The position numbers and the translations under genes were made by a program. 64,000 nucleotides of DNA, taken from contig CP086569.2 of assembly GCA_009914755.4 (NCBI GenBank), positions 24,832,001 to 24,896,000 of the forward strand, given 5' to 3'. This document shows, one piece after another, positions 1 through 12,042 of the stretch; within the stretch, counting starts at the first letter, position 1, and the number at the start of each line of letters is the position of its first letter. This stretch comes from the human T2T-CHM13v2.0 reference genome, Homo sapiens. The notes beneath the pieces were generated by a model, which saw only the letters and a program-made list of their open reading frames with translations, ran no database searches and was not told the origin of the DNA.

Positions 1-2095
1 CTCACCAATGCACCAAGATGTAAGAGTATCCCTTTGTCTGTAATTATACCCAAAGATCTTTCCTTTAATAAAAAAAAAAGAAGCTGAGAAACAAAGTTGA
101 GATTAAAGAAAAAAAAGCACAAGAAGAAAGCTCTCTGCCAATCAAAAGAAGGACTCAAATGTGTTTCCCACTATGAGGTTGGGGTTCAGGGTTATTACAA
201 ACTAGCAAGAGAAAGAAGTGTTTTTAGTCAATGGGCTGCTTTGAAGACCATGCAATTTAACTTGGCTCAGGGTCTTGGCCTGAGAATAATTCAAAAGCTT
301 AACCCAAGAAATCTGCCTAGAAATAACCAGGAGGTGTAGTCATAATTTATAGCTGCTGCTCAGCTCATCCCATGACCTATCAGGAGCTGACGTAAAAGCT
401 TGGCTCAAAAATTTGGCCCAGGCTTAATCAGGAACTAAAACAGTAATTTATAAAGGCTGGGCTCACAGTCCAAAAGGAAACAAATGTGCCAACCAGAAGC
501 CACCAGGACCCACTGTGTTTATGCCAAAAAAAATGGACAAGAAACTACTTCCTGGGAGCCAACCGATTATACAAATACAAGGGTATTTTTGAGCCATGGC
601 TGGTTCTCTTATCACAATGAGCCAGAGTTTGCACAAGACTTTTCTCTGAATGGACTGAAGATTCTTCTGTCTGTGACAATACGGATCTTGAGATACAACC
701 CTCTGTGTTAGTTATCTTGTTGGTGTCTGCAGACTGATTTTTTTTAAGGCTGCTTATGTGTTACGTGTAAATGAGAAATGAACCTGCAGAACAGTGGTTT
801 TCCAGGGACACTTTCCTTGCTGCCTCCCTAACTCAAGCTAGCTTTCTTATCTCAGTAACACTGTAAAGAGCCTCCTGAATGTGGGTACTTCAGATTTTAC
901 AATAGGAAACATGAGGAGGCACAAAAGAAGAAGAGTAAAGACAAAAGAAGAACAGAGACTCTAGCTAATGCAATACAGTTTTGTAAAAATCCAAGTCCCT
1001 GAGTGGCACCTGCTAACTGTTATCAGTGTGGCAAGACAGGACACTTTCCCAAGAAATGCTGAGAAAACAATAGAAAGCCACCTCAACACTCTCCAACCAG
1101 TGGTGGTGACCACTGAAGGGTGTGCTGATTAATGAGGCATGCACCACTAAGTCCAGGACCAGTCTCACAAATGGTCCAGCAAGACTGAGAGTTCCTGGAG
1201 ATCAATTCCCCAGCTCTAACAGCTGCCATAGTCTTCGGGTTCCAAACTCTTCAAAATCCTTGGGTGATTCTGAAGGTGGAAGGGAGGAAAGTAGACTTCC
1301 TTCTCAAAACTGGAGTGGGTGTCTTTGTTCTGCTTTTCAATCTAGGCTTTCTCTCCTCCCATAATGTGACAATGATGGATGTGTCAGCAAAAGTCCTTTA
1401 TGGAATATTTTCTCAGCCCATTAGTTATAGTTGAAACGACCTTCTATTTAGCCATACCAATTTAATAATTCCTGAAAGTCCCACTTTATTACTAGGTAGA
1501 GATATTTTGGCCTATATAGAAGCCTCCATATGAATGGCTGCAGGATAAACTCTTTGTCTCCACTAAGTGGAAACTAATATTAACTAAGAAGCATGGGATG
1601 TCCAGAGAAATGTTGCTGGGCTACAACCACTGTATGTATCTGTATTTACATTAAGGATTGCACTATTTTTTTTTCTGACCAGAGGCATTATTTCCCAAAC
1701 CAGAAGGTAGAAAAGGGCTAGAAGTCATTATAAATAAGCTATAAAACAAAGGCCATTTTAGACCCTGCAACAGTCTTTACAAAACCCCAAATATCAAAGA
1801 AGGTCATTTTTTAACATGCCCAGAAATCCCATTTGCTTGGACCTGAAGAAGGAAAAAGTTTAACCAACTCATAGGTATTAGGGAACCAACCCCCGATATT
1901 TCAACCTCAGTTCTTTTCTATTTTCCATAAGTGTCAGCCAGTCTGAGAAATAAAAGGATAGGTTAGAAAAAAAAGAAAGAAATTTTAAAGCGGTGTGTCT
2001 GGCAGAGACATTACATGTCAGCAGGTTCCGTGATGCCCCCTAAGCCAAAAACCAGCAAGTTTTATTAGCAATTTTCAAAGGGGAGGGAGTGTACA
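1..2095 (+). mobile_element. Class I (gammaretrovirus-like) ERV internal fragment: gag CA/NC, protease, start of RT. Degenerate, with many stops.
   Basis: Translation gives a basic gag tail (...RKHEEAQKKKSKDKRRTE...) followed by an NC zinc knuckle CYQCGKTGHFSKKC encoded from about 1018. Protease-like LLKTGVGVFVL and LLGRDILAYIEA follow, then an RT N-terminus-like PCNSLYKTPNIKEG. Family not assignable from sequence alone. Confidence 0.55.
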
Positions 2096-4099
2096 AATAG
2101 GGTGTGGGAGACAGAGAGCACATGCTTCAGAGGGCAATGAAAGATCACAAGGCAGAAAGGTCACAGCAAAATCACAACATCAGGGTGAACCTAGAATTGC
2201 TAATGAAGTTCCATGTCCTGCTGTGCATGCATTGTCATGATAAACATCTTAACAGGGTTCCAGAGCAGAGAACTGATCTTGCTAGAATTCTCCAGGCTGG
2301 AATTTCCTAATCCTAGCAATCCTGGGGTTGCTGCAGGAGGCCAGGGTGTGTTTCATCCCTTACCTGCAACTGCATAAGGCAGACACCCCTAGAGCGGCCA
2401 TTTTAGAGGCCTCCTCCTGGGAATGCATTCTTTTACCAGGGCTGTTAATTACTAATATTCCTTACTGGGGAAAGAATTCAGTGATATTTATCTTACCTGT
2501 TTTTGGCAGTAAGACAAATATGGTTCTGTCCTGCCCAGCTCCCAATCAGTCAGACCTAATGGTTATCTCCAATGTTCCCTGAACATCACTGTTATCCTGT
2601 TCCTTTTTCAAAGTGCCCAGATTTCATATTGTTCAAACATACATGCTTTACAAACAATTTGTGCAGTTAACACAATCATCACAGGGTCCTGAGGTGACAT
2701 ACATCCTCAGCTTACGAAGATGATCGGATTAAGAGATCAAAGTAAAGACAGGCATAGGAAATTATGAGAGTATTAATCTGGGGAACTAGTGAATGTCCAT
2801 GAAATCCTCACAATTTATGTTCTTCTACCACAGCTTCAGCAGGTCCCTCTGCTTGGGGTCCCTAATTTCCTGCAACACATCAGTATTTGGAAGTAAAACC
2901 CATGGTTGTGCTTGGTTTTAAGAGGTTTTATCAGAGGTTCCTCATGAAGAAAAGTTTCATCAAAACCAGTGTACAAAGCCTATTTAAGAGCAATTATTTG
3001 GCCCACAGTTTATGCCAATAGTTATTTTAACTATTAAATTATAGACCATTTTGCTGTCAACCCAGGCCTATTATATTTGTTTTTTACAGAAATGAACAAG
3101 GAAAATAGAAAAATTTGCTTCAAATCTTACATTGGCCATTGTCTTCTAGTCTCATTAGTTGTCTTTAGAATTTGCCTGTAGTTTAAACTAGCCCTGTTAA
3201 TTTCTGTGAGCCAGTCAGAAATCTCCAGCTACAGCTAAGTAGAAAACATAAAAAAGGTTAACATTTTAAAGTATGTAACAATATTTTCTTCTGGGCAATT
3301 TATTCTACAAATCGTGCCAGGTCATGAAAGTATAGTGTGGACTCATAGTTAAGGGGTGTTTGTCTTTGTGGGGATAAGACTAAGGACGCTAAGCAAAGCC
3401 AAGCCCTATACATCTACAATTCTCTGGCATAATTATAGCCCTCAGTTTTCGGGGCATGTCAGCAGCCTCAGAATTTTTAAGCTGTTTATTGCCTCAGCTC
3501 ATCTCATTTAAAAACACATATTTTTATAACCCAATTTTTTTCTTCTTACATAGAGGAAATCAAATTCCAAATGGTACTGGAAATGAAACCACTTATGAAA
3601 ACACCGTGTTTCTGTGAAACCTTATCCTGACCTCAGGCAGAGCTCCAGCTGTTGCGTTTCATTGCACAACCCCTCTCCCTAGCAGGAGGTAGCTAGAAAG
3701 ATCAATTCTGTCTAACAGCAGTTAGGTAGTAGGGTTGGTCTCTCCCTAACAGCAGAGAAAAGTTAGATAGTTGGGGGGGGCCCTTGGTATAACTTCTAGG
3801 AACAAAGATCCAGCTTACTGAAAAATAGGCTACAGACACATATTAGTAAACTCACACAAACCTTCAGCCCACTCACATGAAGAAACGCAGTCCAACATAG
3901 ACAGAACTTTGTTCTTTGTGCACAAATATATGCTCACAAAGAGACTGATTGAAAAACAAGAACAACAAGAAAACACCCTTGTCTTTTGTATAAGCAATGG
4001 ACTTCCAAAATTAGTGGCTTTTTTTTCGGTGAGGAAAGTACACGGTGGGCGACAATAAATTTTAGTGGGCACTTTTCTGGACATGCTTTGGAATATAAC

Positions 4100-5160
4100 C
4101 TGAAGTGGTATGAATCATCACATCAGCCTCTGATTAGTCATGGGTAGAGGTCGTGAGCCAAGCTTTCACATCAGCACTTGTTTTGTCCCAAGCAAAAGTC
4201 CAAAGCCAAGCTGAGTAATGCTTTTTCCGAGATCAATCATCACATTCTTCCATCTCCCAGTACATGAGGACCCCAAACACCAGGGTGACACTGGACAACC
4301 AAATTGGGTTTCCACCGTGGAGAGCCATTTTAATTTCCTTCTTAAACTTCAGTGCTAACTTCACTTTGTGTGCACGTTCCTCAAGTTTTTGGACCCCAGA
4401 TAAATAACTCTTTGTGATGTCACACAGTGAGAATTTGCTACATGTGGTGAATTGGTGAGACTACAATTGAAGCCTGAATTGAGCCCTGGGATGCATAAGT
4501 CTTACTTGATTATATAAAATCGGGCCCTGTAATGCAAACTATGTCTCTGCAGGCATTCCACCTTCCAGTGGTCGCCACCACTGGCTGGACAGAGTTGAGG
4601 AGGCATTGTTTTCTTTTCTCTGCTGTTCTTCCTGAAGAGTCCTGGAGCTTGCCAAACTTTCAGCAGTTAGAAGGTCCAGCTCAAAACTCCTGGATTTTGT
4701 AGACCTGTAATTCCGTCACTAATGCCTCTGTCTATCTCTTGCTTTTTCTGCCTTTCCTGTGCCTCTTTGTGGGCCCTGCTGTAAAAGACCAAGAATGCCA
4801 CCCACAATTTTTCTACTGTGGTATCTGGGACCATAGTCTGCTTTTGTAGTTATCTTCTGATTTAAAGTTTGAGTAATAAACTTGCCTAACAAGATTACCT
4901 GTATTTTATTTAAACCAGGAGATAGAGAAGATTGTTTCAAAAAATCCACAGAATCCTCTCTCAGCCTTTCATTAAGGCTGAAATATTTTGATTTGGTTTT
5001 TATTTCAATATGGCCAGTTTTGATTAATTAAGAGCTTTGATTCCAGTTTCTTGGAAGCTTTTTAACACACACATTAGAAACTCTTTTTGTTTCCACTCAT
5101 CCATAAAATCAGTAGGCCTTTAGTTATGTTTTTTAAGGGGCAATGTCTCCCTTCTTATTG
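4100..5160 (-). mobile_element. Class I ERV env TM-subunit fragment in antisense orientation. An adjacent 3' LTR at lower coordinates is possible but unresolved.
   Basis: Reverse-complement translation of 4590-4720 gives ...LQNPGV / ...ELDLLTAE..., the gamma-type immunosuppressive-domain motif (LQNRRGLDLLTAE), with a 1-bp frameshift. Downstream ...SSQWWRP resembles the SQWMPW region of syncytin-like TM. Confidence 0.5.
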
Positions 5161-6114
5161 GAAATGGGGCTTCTGTCTCTTTTCCCCTCATTTTTTTTTT
5201 GGTCCGGTTTTCTTCTTTGCCTGGCTATATTAAACATGCTATTTGTCTCTGAAACTCTCTGTTGCCTGTGCGGCTTCCTGTTGCTCAGCAGTACTTAACA
5301 TTTGGCTTAGGAATGACATAACATGTTGCCATGTAAAACCAAACACTTGGGTAACATTTTGGAAAGCCTGTCTGTATTCATCAGAGTTATCAGAATACTT
5401 TTCTAGGTCCCAATCTATCTGTTTGAAGTCTTATAATAAAAAGAGAACCAGTAATTTAGATGCACCGTGTTTATTGGGCATTTTCTTTAGGGGTAACAAT
5501 TTAATGGAGGGTTGCTTGGGAGAAATGAAGAAGAAAAGGATGATAAAGTGACTAGAGGAGTCTGTGGATGGGGGACACAGGAGAAGCTGGAACATCTGGA
5601 AGTTTCTTCTGAGGGTTTCCTGGAGGTTTGTTTCTCTGACTTTTGAGAATTGTTCACTATAGACAAGTCTGATATGCTAAGAAGGCATGGTCAACATTAC
5701 AATGTTTACAAATATCTGGGTTGTTTGCAGGACAAAGAAAATACCTCAGATAATTTACCTTCCCACTTAGAGAAAATATCTAGATGTTGGATAGAATTGA
5801 GAGAGAAAATTTAGGTACATAGGATGGATTCTTGCTAAAACTACTTTGAACAAAGAAACAGGCTAAAATACCAGGCTGCAGGCAGATTTTTAAAAAAACC
5901 TGAACAAACCTGCAGCCCACTCATATAAAGGAACAAAGCCTAACAAACAAATATTTTTTGCACTTTTTTGTTACCTAAAACATGCCAACAGATAATCTGA
6001 TAAAAGAAGAATATTCTGCATAAAAATATTTTTCTTCTTAAATAATGCACATACTTCCAGAAAATAGTTTCTATTCCTTTTACACAGGGAGCTTCAGTGT
6101 GCTTCAGTGAGCAC
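5160..6114. repeat. Left arm of a large imperfect inverted repeat (palindrome).
   Basis: The reverse complement of 5160-6114 aligns base by base with 6621-7562 at about 90% identity. This was checked by eye at several points, for example 5600-5740 against 6991-7140, and 5205-5330 against 7395-7520. Confidence 0.85.
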
Positions 6115-6304
6115 TTTTCTTCTTCTTCTTCTTCTTCTTCTTCTTCTTCTTCTTCTTCTTCTTCTTCTTCTTCTTCTTCTTCTTCTTCTTCTTCTTCCTC
6201 TTCCTCTTCCTCTTCTTCTTCTTCTTCTTCTTCTTCTTCTTCTTCTTCTTCTTCTTCTTCTTCTTCTTCTTCTTCTGCTTCTTCTTCTTCTTCTTCTTCT
6301 TCTT
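6115..6304. repeat. (TTC)n/(GAA)n microsatellite of about 63 units with a few CTC/CTG interruptions, at the palindrome centre.
   Basis: Direct reading. It generates the poly-Ser, poly-Leu and poly-Lys ORF artefacts at 6097-6388 on both strands. Confidence 0.97.
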
Positions 6305-6620
6305 TTTTCTGGATATGCTTTCTACTGTGAGCTGAGCCACTATAAATTTTTACTTCAGCTACTTTTCAGTCCTGGGTCAAGTTTCTGAGTCAAGCCAACT
6401 AGTACTTTTTCAAGACTAGTGAGCACACTCTTTTCTTAATTCATAAAAACATCAGAACCTGCCGTATAGTGAGAAACACATCTGTCTCCTATCTGTGCTG
6501 TGAACAGTCATTTTTTCCCTGTTAAGTAATCAATCTGACTTCATTACAGTGAAGGAAAAAGAAAGCCTGATGATACTTCAAAGTAGCAGACTGATATGTA
6601 TAGTGGCATGCCCACATGTG

Positions 6621-7562
6621 CAAAAGTGTGCATCGGAACACACTGAAAACCACTGGGTAAAAGAAATAGAGACTATTTTCTGGAAGAGAAGCATTTTTAT
6701 GCATACTATTCTTCTTTTATCAGATTATCTGTAGGCATGTTTTAGGCCAAAAAAAGTAATTACAAAAGAGTTTATTTATAAGGCTATGTTCCTTTATATG
6801 AGTGGACTGCAGGTTTGTGCAGGATTTTTTTTTTAATCTGCATGAAGCCTGGTATTTCAGTCTGTCTCTTTGCTTAAAGTAGTTGTAGCAAGAATCCATC
6901 CTATCTACTTAACTTTTTTCTCTCAATACTATCCAACATCTAGATATTTTCTGCAATTGAGAAGGCAAATTGTCTGAGGTGCCATATATGTCAGATTTCT
7001 TTGTCCCGCAAACAACCCAGATGTTTGTAAACATTGTAATGTTGACCATGCCTACTTAGCACATCAGACTTGTCTATAGTGAACAATTCTAAAACATCAG
7101 AGAAACAAATCCCCAGGCAACCCTCAGAAGAAACTTCGAGATGTTCCACCTTTTCTTGTGTCCCCCGACAAGGGACTCCTGTAGTCACTTTATCATCCTC
7201 AGATTCTTCAATTCTCCCAACCAACCTTCCATTAAACCACTAACCCTAAAGAAAATGACCAAAAAACATGTTGCCTCTAAATTCCTGATTCTCTTTTTAT
7301 TACAAGACTTAAAACAGATAGATTGGGACCTAGAAAAGTATTATGATACCCGGATGAATAGAGAGAGGCTTTCCAAAATCGTTCCCGAATTTTGATTTTG
7401 CATGCTCACATGTTATGTCACTCCTAAGGCAAATCTTAAGTACTGCTGAGCAACAGGAAGCCACACAGGGAACAGAGAGATTCAGAGACAAATAGCAGGT
7501 TTAACATAGCCAGGCAAAGAAGAAAACCAGTCCAAAAAAAAAAGTGGAAGACAAACCAAAGC
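6621..7562. repeat. Right arm of the inverted repeat; partner of 5160-6114.
   Basis: See the left arm. The spacer 6115-6620 is the (TTC)n tract plus about 315 bp that has no counterpart in the other arm. Confidence 0.85.
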
Positions 7563-8622
7563 CCCATTTTCAATTTATATATATTTGCTACATGTTCTGA
7601 GAAAGCAATATATTAGAATACTCAGTAGGAGTATAGGAGCACTTCTTCAAATTCTTTGCTTTACTTTTATTTCTGAGGATTTTGTCCTAAGTTTATTTTT
7701 CCTTTTTGTACTCAAGAGCAAACAACACTGAGCCAGTGTCAGCCAGTTCAAATCAAAAGGATGACTTCCAGCCTTATAAGACTCAGGTGACAGGCCAGAT
7801 AGAGAGAACTTTGACAATCCCCCAACATCCTCAGTTGATGAAAACTTTGGCTCTGTTCCAACTCACTTTCCTTCACAAAGCAGCTTATGCATGCAGAGAC
7901 TTACAATCGGTCTTGAGACAATTGAAAGTTTCTGGCCAAGGCTACAGCTCAGTGTTATCTAAAGCCTTCTGAACTAAGGCCAGTCAATGACAGTCCATCA
8001 GGGTGATGGCACCAGGAATTCCAGAATTTTCTATTTTATTTTCTTGCCTTTCCGTTTATGGCAATCATGTCTCTTATTTTCTTCTTTTTATGCAATGTTG
8101 CAACCAGGAAATATATTCTTATTGGGTGAATTCAGTTGGTGATTTAGTAATCAGGAATATTATTCAAATATTGCTGTTTTGGTGGTGTCTTGGAAACAAA
8201 CGAAATTCGAGTTTTTAGTCTAACTTTTAACTTGGTAAAAACCTTTTTGGGAACCAGCGATAGACATTTAGAACACTGTAAAAGAAGTTTTCTTACCCCG
8301 AGGGAATACTTTCTTCTGCATTTTTTCTTCTCCTTTTTCACTGTCCTATTAATCTAAGAGGCATAGTGTAGGGAACGTTTATCAAGCCCTAACCCTTCTT
8401 TTCTAACTTTTGACAGAAAAGTGTTTGTAATCAGAGTTTTCATCTAATATTTCAGATCCTACATTGCCACTTGTTAAGATAGGATTTTTCTCTATATAGA
8501 ATCTTGTCAGCCCTTTGCCTAAAATGTCTGGTTTCCAACTTTCTCCCCCTGCAATGTCTCAATGACAATTATAAGACTCTATGTCCCATCTCTAAGCAGA
8601 AAATCTCCACTTTCAACAGTCA

Positions 8623-11600
8623 AAAAGAAGCTGCCCTTGACAAATTACAACCTCATTGCTGATGTTTTTATAAAAGAAGGAAAGGAATGGAATCTTTTTT
8701 TTTTTTATTTTTTGAGGCAACCGTTCTGCATCCAGCTACATTAATATCTAAATAAGAAGAGAATGTTAAGTTTCAAAGTCAATCCGTCTTATTTATGAGG
8801 ATGTCAATGTTTTGCTAGGACCATAGTATGGGAAAACAGGGATAATATAAAGACTCAAACTCTATTAAAGACTGTTGCTTCACTGTAACTACCGCATAAT
8901 CTTTCTTAGGCTTCCCCCACGTACCTGGAACTTTTTGGGTTGAATGGACTTAGGAGACAAAGACGGAATTTTACATATATATATATATATATATATACAT
9001 ATACACACACATACATGTAATTAGGAATTACACATATACACTCATATACACACATATACATACACACACATATATGTCTATATATGTATGTGTATGTAAT
9101 ATACACACATATGTGTGTATGTGTATATATACACACATATATAGACAGAGCATACATATATACTTATATATACACACACTTATATATGTGTGTGAATGTT
9201 TGTATATATATGCACATGTGTAATATATACGCATACATATGTGTGTGTATGTGTATATGTATATACATGCGTATACACGTACCATCTATATACACATACC
9301 AGAGTGTATAGATATACATACATAAAGTCTGGGTATTACATATATGTTATTACATACAGATATACACACACATACGTATGTGTGTGTATGTGTATATGTG
9401 TATATACACACAACTATATATATATACACACATATACATATATGTGTATGTATACACACAAACTTATATGTATATATATACACACATATACATATGAATG
9501 TGTGTACATATATATGAATGTAATACAAACACATATAATACCCAGTTTATGTATGTATACCTATACACGCTGGTATGTGTACATAGATGTATGTATATAT
9601 ACACATATCATATATGTTTATGTGTATATAGATGTATGTATATATACACATATCATATATGTGTATGTGTATATAGATGTGTATGTACATACACACACAG
9701 ACAATTTAAAATATTAAGTAGCATGAACACAAGTGTAAAGTTTCAGCAAAATTTTAGTATATAAAAACAGACCATTTTGCCTGCAAATTTCTACGTGATC
9801 TGAGAGCTATTAATGCACAGATTAAACCAATAGGTGCATTACAGCAAGGTCTGCCATTACTGGCAGCCATTCCAAGTGACTCACCTCTCATAGTAGTAGA
9901 TCCTAAAGATTATTTCCTTACTACACCCTTACATGAGAAGGATAAGCGAAGTTTTGCCCCAAAGCATGCTCATCGGTCCTACGCTATTTCAGCGTTTTGT
10001 AGGACAGTCCTTAAAGGAGCCTCATAATATATTTCCTACTGCCTACATCATTCATTATATGGATGAAATCCTTTTTGCTGCTCCAATGGAAGAGTGATTA
10101 CACCAAATATTGAGAGAAGCAAAACAGGGGGACATCTCAAAATAGTTCAACAAATGGTAGAAACAACCTCCCCATACCAATACTTAGGCACTATTGTTAC
10201 TGAAACAAATGTTAGACCTCAGAAAGTAGTCCTCTGTAGGGACAGATCACAAACCTTCAGTGATTTCCAACAACTATTAGGAGACATAAATTGGCTGTGC
10301 CCAATCCTAGGCATTGCTACTCATCAATTCAAACACTCAGATCATCCATGGAGATTCTTCACTAGGAGTAATGGGCTTAGGAGACAAACGCGTTGCTCCA
10401 GCAACTTACTAAGGAGGCTGAAGTTGAGTTACACCTTGTAGTGCAGATTCTTCAGTAAACACATGCCTCCCAGCCACAGCCACAAAAGCCTTTGGTTCTC
10501 TTTGTTCTTTCTATCCCCCATTCTCCAAAAGGACTTTTACGACAGATCATAGAAAAATATGCAATTGTGATAGAATGGCTTTCTTTTGAAATTCAATCAG
10601 ATAGTAAAATCTCTGCAAGTTTATCTTTCTTTAACTACTCAATTTATAACAAGGGGTAGGGTTAGATCAAAAATGCTTAAGAGATATGATCCAGACAAAA
10701 TTACTGTTCTCCTTTTAGAGCCAGTCTAAAAGTATGAGGAAAAATATTGGATTCCCAACAATAGTTGCATCATGGGAATTGTTGACTGTGTGTCAAATTG
10801 CTCTTTCAGATTATGTAGGAATAATACATAAACTTTATCCATCAGACAAAATTTTGAAATTTTAAAAATTCAACCTTTCATCTTCCCTGTGATTCCTCAT
10901 CACAAGCCCATTTCAGGCAGCCAGACCTATTTTACTGATGGCTCTTCCAAAGGTCACAAAGCTACTTATAGTACTAACCATGCTCCTACAATAAAAAAAA
11001 CCCAGAGTTTCAGCTCAACGCTCAGAACTAATGGAACTTAATCAGGTTTTAGAGCTCACTGGTTCATCTCTTATTAACACTCTCTATGATTCAGCCTATG
11101 TTGTAAATGTAGCTGGTCATATTGGGACTGCCACTATTAAAAGCACCCTAGCACCAGAGATGTTTAACTTGTTTCTAAGGCTTTAACAAGCTGTTTGCTC
11201 TCATGCTCCTTTTTATATCTCTCATATCTGCTCTCCCACACAACTCCCTACACCACTATTTCTAGGTAATAATAGAGCCAATAAATTGATTTGTTCTGCA
11301 TTTCAGCAAGCTCAACTTTCTCCTATATTACTGCATCAAAACTCTGTCTTTACTCGTATGTTTCATTTGCCTAACAGCCAGGCTGCAGCCTGTACAAGCC
11401 CGTCCTACTTGCCAGCATGTCACTGGAGTCACACCCATAGAAGGCTGTAACCCATGAGACTTAGCTTCAAATGAAATCTGACAGATGGATGTTACTCACA
11501 AAGCTGTCATTGGCAAGCTCGCCTTTGTTCATGGGACTATAGACACTTATTCTCACATGCGGCATGCTACATGTAAACCAGGTCAAACAGCTGGTTATTT

Positions 11601-11900
11601 ACAATGACATTGTCTGTCATCATGTGCTCATATGGGGGTTCCTAGGCAATTAAAAACTGACAATGGACACGCTTATGTTAGTCATGCTTTTTAAAATTTA
11701 TTACAGCTATGTTCAATCACTCATAAAACAGGAATTCCTTACAATCCCCAAGGCAAGGAATTATAGAGCAGGCAAATTGAACAGTACAACGCGTGCTGAA
11801 AAAAACAGAAAGGGGAAACAGGAGACCAGTTACCACCTCAAACAAAATACATTTACTTTTACTTTAATTTTTTTTTTCACTTCGTTTAAATTTTTTGTCT
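8623..11900 (+). pseudogene. HERV-K-like pol (RT, RNase H, integrase), disrupted.
   Basis: Motifs as listed for the provirus. The RT N-terminal portion is replaced by a simple repeat at 8940-9720, and multiple stops and frameshifts are present. Confidence 0.7.
8940..9720. repeat. Complex (TA)n/(CA)n/(TATG)n-type simple repeat about 780 bp long, with about 50-bp tandem subrepeats at 9560-9700.
   Basis: Direct reading. It is the source of the Cys/Tyr/Ile-rich ORF artefacts at 8906-9764. Confidence 0.95.
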
Positions 11901-12042
11901 CCTGGTACAGATAGTAAGACTATGGCAGAATGACACTGGTAAATGTTATAGGGAAAAAGGAAAGTATACCCAAAGATATTATGAAAATCCCCCCAAGGAC
12001 GATGGAATGGCTCAGTAGATTTACTGATGTAAGGACGAAGGT

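Noticed and set aside
2096-4100. A definite solitary LTR or 3' LTR call for this interval.
   Set aside because: It starts TGTGGGAG... and lies between ERV internal fragments, but I could not identify R/U5 landmarks, terminal inverted repeats or target-site duplications with confidence by eye, so it is left unannotated.
6097-6388. ORFs encoding poly-Ser, poly-Leu and poly-Lys proteins on both strands.
   Set aside because: These are pure translation artefacts of the (TTC)n/(GAA)n microsatellite.
7600-8520. HERV-K gag, dUTPase or N-terminal protease immediately upstream of the recognised protease C-terminus.
   Set aside because: Translations in all frames did not give convincing gag, NC or dUTPase motifs. 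The region may be a diverged remnant or unrelated sequence.
8906-9764. Cys/Tyr/Ile-rich ORFs of 82-173 aa.
   Set aside because: Artefacts of the (TA)n/(CA)n/(TATG)n complex simple repeat.
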